Assembly: GCA_039096225.1 (NCBI GenBank)
Contig: JBBPEB010000013.1
Coordinates: forward strand, 1,984,001-2,048,000
DNA from: Blastocystis sp. Blastoise
Lineage: Eukaryota > Protista > Bigyra: Opalinata
DNA: 64,000 nucleotides
Reading direction: 5' to 3'
A program made the position numbers and the translations under genes. The notes under the pieces are model-generated. The model saw nothing but the letters and a program-made list of their open reading frames with translations, searched no databases and was not told the DNA's origin. Shown piece after piece: positions 55,001-64,000 of the stretch; within the stretch, counting starts at the first letter, position 1; every line of letters begins with the position of its first letter.

Positions 55001-55855
55001 ACTTTTTTATTTGAATTATTATTTTAGAAAAACATTAGAATTAGATGTTTCTAGTGTATTCTATATATGATTTTACATTGTTTTAAATGATAACAAGTCA
55101 ATATTTTCAATTCATTACTTTCGAAAATAAAATATTTAAAACTATTTATATACTATAGAATAAATAGTATAAAACAGATTTATATATATATATATATATA
55201 TCAAATTAAACAAATAATATTAACTCCATACGAGAAGAACAAAGCAAAATAATAACAAAAATAAAATAACATTAACTTGAATTTTTTCGTATATTACAAA
55301 AATTTTTGTTATAACTATTTTTTAATAATTACTTTTTTATAGATGTATTCGATATTTTTTTGAAATAGAACAAATAAAGAATTTAAAATATACTTGCTTT
55401 CTTCATATTTTATATAAACGTATTCAATGATGACAATTTATAAAAATATCAATATGTGTTCATAGTGAGAATAATAAATAGAATAAAGAATTGATATTAT
55501 TAAATGAATAAATAATATATATATATACATATATGTAAATATATTATTAATAAATATTATTTAAAAGAAAATATTGATTTGAGCATAATACTAAAAATTT
55601 TCATTCTTAAAAAGAAAAATTTGTTTTACATTTTAAGAATGAAAGAATATATATAATATTATATTTATATTTATATTTATAGTCTATAAAAGAATAAACA
55701 CGCTATTTAGATAAATATGATTTTTGAGTTATTCATAAAGAAATACGAAATAACTTCTAAAATATTGTGAATTGCTGAAAATATTTCTAAATAATCGTAA
55801 ATGTTTTTGTATTCAATCAAACTTTACGATTCATTTATAAATATAAATTATTTGA

Positions 55856-56343
55856 ATGAATATCACTAATTTTATATTCTTATTGCTACTAATCATTTTG
55901 ATTTTACTGATTTGTATATTTAACAAACCAGAGAAATCATTGATTGTTGTTAACAATATTCATTATTCAGAAAATAAGGTTATTTCAAATAATATAACAA
56001 ATAAAATAAATAAAGAATCATTAGAAATAAAAAATGAATCGATATTGTCAAGTAATGAACAAATGTATTTGAAATTATCTTAATATTATATTTATATTTC
56101 TTTATAATAGCATTAAATCAAAAGAATATAATCAATCTATGAATATTAAATCATCAATAAATGATATTTCAAATCATACTTCTTACAGTAAATATATTTA
56201 TATATTATATATTTTTTAGAAAGCCAATCTATTTGTAAAACATCAAAAATAATGTATGTTCCTGTTGGAGGACTTGGAAATCAAATTAATTTATTTACAT
56301 TTTTATATTTACTTTCAACTGTTGAAAAAATACCATTATATAG

Positions 56344-56400
<57 letters not shown>

Positions 56401-57283
56401 TAATAAATGAATTAAAAAACATTTTTTTTATATAGTTCCTGAACATAATGTATTCGTAACACATTTTAAAATATATGAATTTTTTGATCATCAAATAAAT
56501 ATATATCCTTGGGAAGATTATATGAGAGAATTTCGTATATGTAGTCGAAGAGGTGGAAAACCTAGAAATTATTTAAATGAGAATAGTTTTCGTGGTATGA
56601 AAAAAGATCAAAGTTTTATATCAAAAAGAAATATATGTAAAAATTATAATAATATATCATTATGGATTTCTGGTTATGAAATAGTTCCTGATTTAATTTA
56701 TGAAGATCCTGTATTTAATGAAACATTAACTGAATTAAATTTATTTAGACCTCATATATATGATTATCCAATGCCTACTCATCCTTGGAGATATGAATAT
56801 TTCTTATTTACAGAATTTATGAAACCAATTAAAGCTGTAACTGATTATATGAAAGAAATGTTTCCTAATTATAGTAATATAAATTATTTAAGTGCTCATA
56901 TAAGATTTGGTAAGAGTATATCTGATTTTAAAGATTCACAAGTAAGATTAGGTGCTAATAAGATGAGTGATCAAGTTCATATGATTTCAAATAAAATGAA
57001 AAAGAGTAATTTAAGTTATGTATATGTAGCTAGTGATTCATCATCATTTAAAAGATATATAAAATCACAATTAAAAGAAAAAGTAATCGTATTAGATTTT
57101 GGAAAGATATATCATACAGATCCATTATTAAATCCTGATATAAGTACATATTATGAAGCAAATAAGAAAGCATTAACAGAAATATATTTATTAGCAAATG
57201 GTAAAGATTGTCTTGGATCTCAATCATCAAGTTTCAGTTGGCTTGGATGTTCAGGTGTTAATGTTACAGCTCAAATGATATAA
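55856..57283 (+). CDS. Type-II membrane fucosyltransferase (GT11/GT23/GT37-like fold; 4 exons)
   Basis: N-terminal TM, stem, VGGLGNQ, SAHIRFG (motif I), VYVASDS (motif II), EIYLLAN..CLGSQSSSFS (motif III). Three GT-AG introns. Confidence 0.85.
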
Positions 57284-57989
57284 AAAAGAAATAATAACAA
57301 ATAAAATTATTCTTTTTAAAAATAATAATATAATATTTTGTATTTTTCTTTTGTATTTTAATTATTATTTTAATATATATATATATATAGTATTTATTAT
57401 GATTAAATTATTGATTATAAATAATTAAAAATAATATATATTTTAATTATTTCAATATAAAACAACTTTTAAAAATGAAATGTTTTAATTATATTTATTA
57501 TTGAAATATATTTATATGTAAATAGATAAATATATTATTAATATAATTAATTATTATTTATTTAAATATAATTATTCTAGATATATTAATATTTAGATTA
57601 TTAAATATACAAAAGATAATAAATGATAAAAAAATATTAAAAACGAAAAAATAATGAAACATTGTAAAGTAATTATAAGTAATAACTTAGTCTCTAGAAA
57701 TAATATATAATTATTTTATTCAATATTTGAGAAGCTATATATATATATATATATATCTTTTAAACATTAATTTATTATTTTATATTATTTTTATTTAATT
57801 AGTAATTCACTAACATCAGATTATTTATTTTTTAAGATTTTATAAATTATATATTGATTTTAATTATCTAATTGATAGGACAATAAAAAAAAGATGAAAT
57901 ATTTTTTATAATTCTGTTTGCAATAAAAGAAAAATAATTAAAAAGAAATTGAGAAGATAATTAAATTACTAATTTAATTCATAAATTTG

Positions 57990-58162
57990 TATCAAAAATC
58001 AATCAAGAATATAGATAAAAAATCAATCAAGGTTATAGATAAAAAATCAATCAAGGTTATAAATCGAAAAATATAAATTGAAAAATATAAATCGAAAAAT
58101 ATAAATCGAAAAATATAAATCGAAAAATATAAATCGAAAAATATAAATTAAAAAATATAAAC
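57990..58162. repeat. Compound minisatellite: about 23-bp aaaaatcaatcaaggttatagat x3, then 14-bp aaaaatataaatcg about x7
   Basis: Direct tandem copies. Confidence 0.85.
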
Positions 58163-58628
58163 CAAAAAGAACTCATCTTTGTATTTATAAAATGATTTTA
58201 GATAATGAAATTAAGTTATTATAAAGATGAATTTAACTTTTAAAATGTTTCCTTTCTAAGATTTCTTAAAAAAGAAAGAATTAAACTTATTACAATTACA
58301 ATAAATAGACTAATATAGCTTCATATAGTTAATAATAGATATATTATCAATATTATGATTAGTAATTAGCATACAAGCAAGTATTATAGATCGAAAACAA
58401 AATATCGAAATGAAAGTGAATTATATAAATTTTACAAAATAACACGACAATTATAAGAAAAATTATATATATTTTTTCAATATATTTGTAAACATTTATA
58501 GAAAATGAAATGTAATTGAAAAAGTTAAATACATATTTCGAATATGATTGAATTTATAAAAATTTTATAGAATGTTATTATATCGATACAAAATACAAAA
58601 TATAATAAATATTTAATTATAATCATAA

Positions 58629-59120
58629 ATGACAGAAGATATAAAAGCATTAAGTAAAGAATATGTTTATATAATGTATTACAATTTATAATTATATAGA
58701 TAAGAATGAAAAATCAAGTGATTTAGAAATGAAATCAAGTGAATCAGTCATAGAATCTGATATAATAGTAGATAATAATAAAATAGAAATGTATGATATA
58801 TATATATATATATATTTAATGATTATAGTTCAAATGAAAAAAATTCAGATTGTTTATATAATGATACTAAACAAAAGAGTAGATATTATTAATATAAATA
58901 AATAAATAAATAAATAGGAAAGTTATTAAACAAAAAATATTCAAAAAATTTTCGAGAAAGACAAAAGAAGAAGATAATTGCATTACAAAATGAAAATTTA
59001 AATTATTCAATAGCTATTAAAAAGTTACAGATGAAATTTATGGAATTTGAAACATATTTCTCATTAATTCTTTCATCATTAAATGATTCAAATAAACCTT
59101 CATTAAAAGATGATAGTTAA
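58629..59120 (+). CDS. Small bZIP-like transcription factor (4 exons; absent from ORF track)
   Basis: Three GT-AG introns give ..KQKRKLLNKKYSKNFRERQKKKIIALQNENLNYSIAIKKLQMKF: N-x7-R basic region followed by a heptad repeat. Confidence 0.7.
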
Positions 59121-59472
59121 TTAAATAGATTTCAAAAAAATTAAAAATTAAAAAAAAAATTAAAGTTAAAATTTTGGTTATATAAATATATATTCAATAT
59201 TGTATTATTGTTTGAAAATAAAATTATTAATTTCTTATTTTTTAATTATAATAAAAAATCTCTTTCTTTGTTGTCTTTATAGAAAACATTTTAATAATAA
59301 TATATATATAATTCTTTCATAATATGTAAATAGTATAAAATGAAAAATAAAATTAAAGTTCATATAATATTACTTTAGATTAAAAAATAATATCGATATA
59401 TTATACGAAAAAGCGATAAATTTACCGAAATATATTTTTTTTAAGTGAAAATTGACTTGAATGTAGAGTATA

Positions 59473-59727
59473 AAGTGCCTGCACAAAATCGAACCTTTGT
59501 CTCAAAATCGGACCTTCTTGTAAAACAAATAAATTTCGTGGGAATTTATTTATATTAATAGTAGTTATTTTTGAATTACGGAAATTTTGAAATGTTTTTT
59601 TTTATTTGCAAGAGTTATTTTTCTAATTAAAAAGTTTATATACATTATATATATCAAAATTCCCATGAAATATTTTTAATAGAAAGGTCCGATCTTGGTA
59701 TAAAGGTCCGATTTTGTACAGGCACTT
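59473..59727. mobile_element. MITE with about 45-bp TIRs, flanked by TA (Tc1/mariner-like)
   Basis: TA|aagtgcctgcacaaaatcgaacctt..cggacctt pairs with aaggtccg..aaggtccgattttgtacaggcactt|TA; additional subterminal inverted match; no ORF. Confidence 0.8.
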
Positions 59728-61603
59728 TAATCCCATACTAGCTATAGAAAAAGAAAATTTTTGTTATTTGTTATAGTAAAATAGTCTAATAGATTTATTA
59801 ACTATTATCTTATACCAATAGTTAGTGTAAATCATCTCTTTGAATACAACAACATATATTAATAGTTATTGACACCTTTTTTTCTCTCATTTCTTATAAT
59901 TATATATTTTATTTTTTCAAAACAATTATATTATTTAAATATTTTGCCATTTACAGCATTATCATCAAATAACAAAGACAAAATTAAAAGAAAACAAATT
60001 AATATAAATGATCGAAACAATTAAAATATTTCCATTATATTAAAAAGTAATTTAATTTCTTTTATTTTCATTATTAATACACTATTATCTAAAAAATACA
60101 TATATAAGACAAATCGATTAATTTTATTTCAATAAAAATATAATAACTTTGTTTTTATAATTTTATTTTTTTTTACTTTTTACAAATATTTATGTTTATT
60201 TAAAATTAATGTGAGAAATTTTATCGATTTTCTTAATTAGGATCATTTTGTTGATAATAAAAATAATAAATTCTTATCTATTATTTTAATTCATTAAATG
60301 TAAATCCGTTAGTTTAATTATTCAAATAAATAGATTATATATTATTAATTTTATAAATATTAATAGAAAACAATTGAATTGATATAAGTAATTTACAAAA
60401 TAAGTTATAGAAATAAAGTATTTATGATCTATAAGTATTCTTAAATAGTTATTTGTTTATATAATAATAAAATAATTCATCGAAAGAAGTAACATTATAA
60501 TGTAAATTTTAGTTATAACTAAAGTTTCATGCAAATATACATAGATTCTATATTTCTGAAATATATTTTGTTATTTAGATTAATATTCTTAGTTGTATAG
60601 ATATAAAAGTATGTATATTAAAAAAAAAAATAGTTTTGTTGTTGTTTATTATAATACAAAATAGCTTCTATATTTTTATATTGATTTATATATATGCAAA
60701 AGAAACTATATTATAAAATGAAATAATAAATTTATATTCTTAATACTATATATATATATTTCTTCTTTGTTGTTCTTATATTGTATAAATATTTTGATTA
60801 TAAATTATTTATTTTTAACACTGATAAATAATTATATAGTTTTATTTGTTTATCTTATTATTATAATATACCTTTTTATATTTATTATTTAAAAAATAAC
60901 AATTTATATATATAAATATTAAGACAAATTAAGACATATTAAACTAAATTTAATGCTAGATATAGAAGTGAATGGTAAAACAAAGTTCTAAAGAATTCTC
61001 AACGAATTCTATACTCAGAGTCCAGTGGTTATCAGACAGGACTTCTTTAAGCGGGAAATAGAGAAGCAAAGCGCAAAAAGAGCCACTTTTTAGAAAAATA
61101 TACTGTAGAGTTTCTCAAAAATAACAACAAAAAAAAAGAATCACTAAAAAAAAACAAAAATCAAGTATAATTATTTCAAAAACCGTTGGAATACTTTCAA
61201 AGACATCATTTTTGAGCTTATCTTGACATCCCAAACGAAGCCAAAATATTTCCAAGTAAAAAAATTAATAATCAAAGAGAAAAACGAAATAATCGTTGAA
61301 GTGCAAAACGATCTCTCAGAACGCACTTTGCGCTTCAAGCGCTGTTTTAGTGGCTCCTATAAATTCTATACAATTCTACCATTAATAACGAGAACTGCGA
61401 TTATTCTAAATTCTGGCTTGCTTCTAGAATGATTTAGAAAGTTAAATTCTATTTGTTTTTAGAATTTCTAACAAATCATGTTTTTTTAAGAGAAAAGAGT
61501 CAAATATTTATGATTATTTAATAGAAATGGAATACCATTCATTGTTTTCTCTTTTCTTAATCACTTATTTTTTATAGGTTCCTATTAATTATTAATTGTG
61601 AAA

Positions 61604-62340
61604 ATGGTTTTCAATTGCTTAAATTACTTCATTTCTACCATATGCACTATAGTGAAGAGCTTTTTTAGCCCACTTAGTGTCATTTCTGAAAGAATTAATA
61701 GTAGCATATCATGTATTTACATATATATATACTTATATTCATGATTTATAATCTTATCATTCATTTATAGCTTACCTAAAGAGTTTAAAGCTAAAGACAA
61801 ATGAAATGGAATCAAGTATGCATACTTATTTTTATTATTTATGCTTATATATTATTATATTATTATATTATTATATCATATAGAGAGCTCAACTACAATA
61901 CATAAGTCAAATTCTAAAAAAATGTTAGTCATAACTAAAGAATCTGATTATAAAGGTATATAAATATTTTAATTATTTATAAATATATATACATCTAAAC
62001 TATTTAGAAAGGATTGATGCTTTAAATGCTGAAATTGATGCTGAACTATCAAAGCTAAATAAAGCAAAAAGTAATTTATATTATATATATATATATATAT
62101 GTTACATTATTTATATATATCTTTAGATGATGATAATAAAAATGAAAAAGAAATAAAACCTAGATTATCTGGTGATATTGAAGACATGAAATGTATATAT
62201 ATAATATATATGTATACATTTATATATATATATATATATACATTTATATTATAAAAATAAATAATAATCTAGCATGGATATGTATATTATATAGATGATT
62301 CAAAACGTACGGTGCTTAATGCTAATGCAGGTATATAATG

Positions 62341-62388
<48 letters not shown>

Positions 62389-62483
62389 TAATTTTAGATA
62401 ATAATAATAATAATAATAATAAAGAAGAAAAGGAAGAAGAAGAAATGAAAGAAGTTTTAACTAATAATGATGATTATAAAGGT

Positions 62484-62552
<69 letters not shown>

Positions 62553-63106
62553 TTTATTTATTTATTTATTTATTTATTTATAACTAAATAATTTTAGATA
62601 ATAATAATAAAGAAGAAAAAGAAGAAAAGGAAGAAGAAATAAAAGATATTTTAACTAATAATGATGATTATAAAGGTATATATATATATATTTATATATA
62701 TTTATTTATTTATAATTAAATAATTTTAGATAATAATAATAATAATAATAATAAAGAAGAAAAAGAAGAAAAGGAAGAAGAAATAAAAGATATTTTAACT
62801 AATAATGATGATTATAAAGGTATATATATATATATTTATATATATTTATTTATTTATAATTAAATAATTTTAGATAATAATAATAATAATAATAATGATA
62901 AAGAAGAAAAAGAAGAAAAGGAAGAAGAAATAAAAGATATTTTAACTAATAATGATGATTATGAAGGTATATATATATATATATTTATTCATAGTTAAAC
63001 TATTTTAGATAACAATAATAATAATATAAACAAAATAAAACGTAAATTATCTGGTGATATTGAAGATAAAAAATGTATATATATGTACATATGTATATAT
63101 ATGTAC

Positions 63107-63175
<69 letters not shown>

Positions 63176-63613
63176 TGGTTCAAAGCGTATGTTGCTTAAT
63201 GATAATGCTGGTATATAATCTTATATAATATATATATTTATTATTTATATATAATAATAATAAAAATTATTTAGATGATAATAATAATAAAGATAAAAGA
63301 GTAATAAAACGTAGATTATCTGGCGATGATAATGATGATTATAAAGGTATATATATATATATATATTTATTTATTTATTATAATTAAATAATTTTAGATA
63401 ATAATAATAATAATAATAAAGAAGAAGAAGAAATAAAAGATGTTTTAACTAATAATGATGATTATAAAGGTATATATATATGTATATATATATAATTAAA
63501 TAATTTTAGATGTTAATAATAATAATAAAGAAGAAGAGCAAGAAATAAAAGATAGTTTAACTAATAATGATTATTACGAGGGTATATATATATATAATAA
63601 TAATAATCTAGTA

Positions 63614-63661
<48 letters not shown>

Positions 63662-63761
63662 TAATTCTAGATGTTAATAATAATAATAATATAAACAAAA
63701 TAAAACGTAAATTATCTGGTGATATTGAAGATAAAAAATGTATATATATGTATATATATAC

Positions 63762-63840
<79 letters not shown>

Positions 63841-64000
63841 TGGTTCAAAGCGTATATTGCTTAATGACAATGCTGGTATATAATCTTATATAATATATAT
63901 ATTTATTATTTATATATAATAATAATAATAATAATAAAAATTATTTAGATGATAATAATAATAAAGGTAAAAGAGTAATAAAACGTAGATTATCTGGCGA
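61604..64000 (+). CDS. Repetitive N/E/K/D-rich protein encoded by tandemly duplicated micro-exons (3' partial)
   Basis: More than 15 phase 1-1 exons bounded by AG/GT read through without stops. Modules [41 protein letters not shown] and KRRLSGD recur. Start codon uncertain. Confidence 0.75.

Noticed and set aside
62390-64000. Regularly spaced repeats with variable spacers resembling a CRISPR array
   Set aside because: The units are exons bounded by AG/GT in a eukaryotic gene, the spacers are microsatellite introns, and there are no cas genes.

Overview
Very AT-rich, intron-dense eukaryotic genomic DNA using the standard genetic code. A Blastocystis-like anaerobic stramenopile is my best guess, but this is inference only. 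Most entries in the supplied ORF track are intronic microsatellite artefacts, so I reconstructed spliced genes by hand. The window holds about 18 genes: three paralogs of an unrecognised two-TM cysteine-rich family, VAMP7, a domesticated hAT transposase, DDX23/Prp28, a MINPP1-like phosphatase, a RING protein, a type-I membrane protein, STRAP, an E/K-rich protein, a zf-4CXXC protein, NDUFA6, DNA polymerase alpha (about 34 introns), a Rab5-group GTPase, a fucosyltransferase, a small bZIP and a modular micro-exon repeat gene running off the end. There is also a GT61-like pseudogene, a MITE and a hairpin element; the region beyond about 48 kb is gene-poor. The three most striking observations are: (1) a GC-only palindrome CCCGCGGG embedded repeatedly in exons in all three reading frames using otherwise rare codons, resembling cyanobacterial HIP1; (2) introns whose ends are self-complementary (AT)n tracts, four of which cannot be spliced GT-AG (in DDX23, STRAP twice and POLA1), though assembly error is not excluded; (3) a gene built from tandemly duplicated phase-1 micro-exons carrying repeated RxL motifs.
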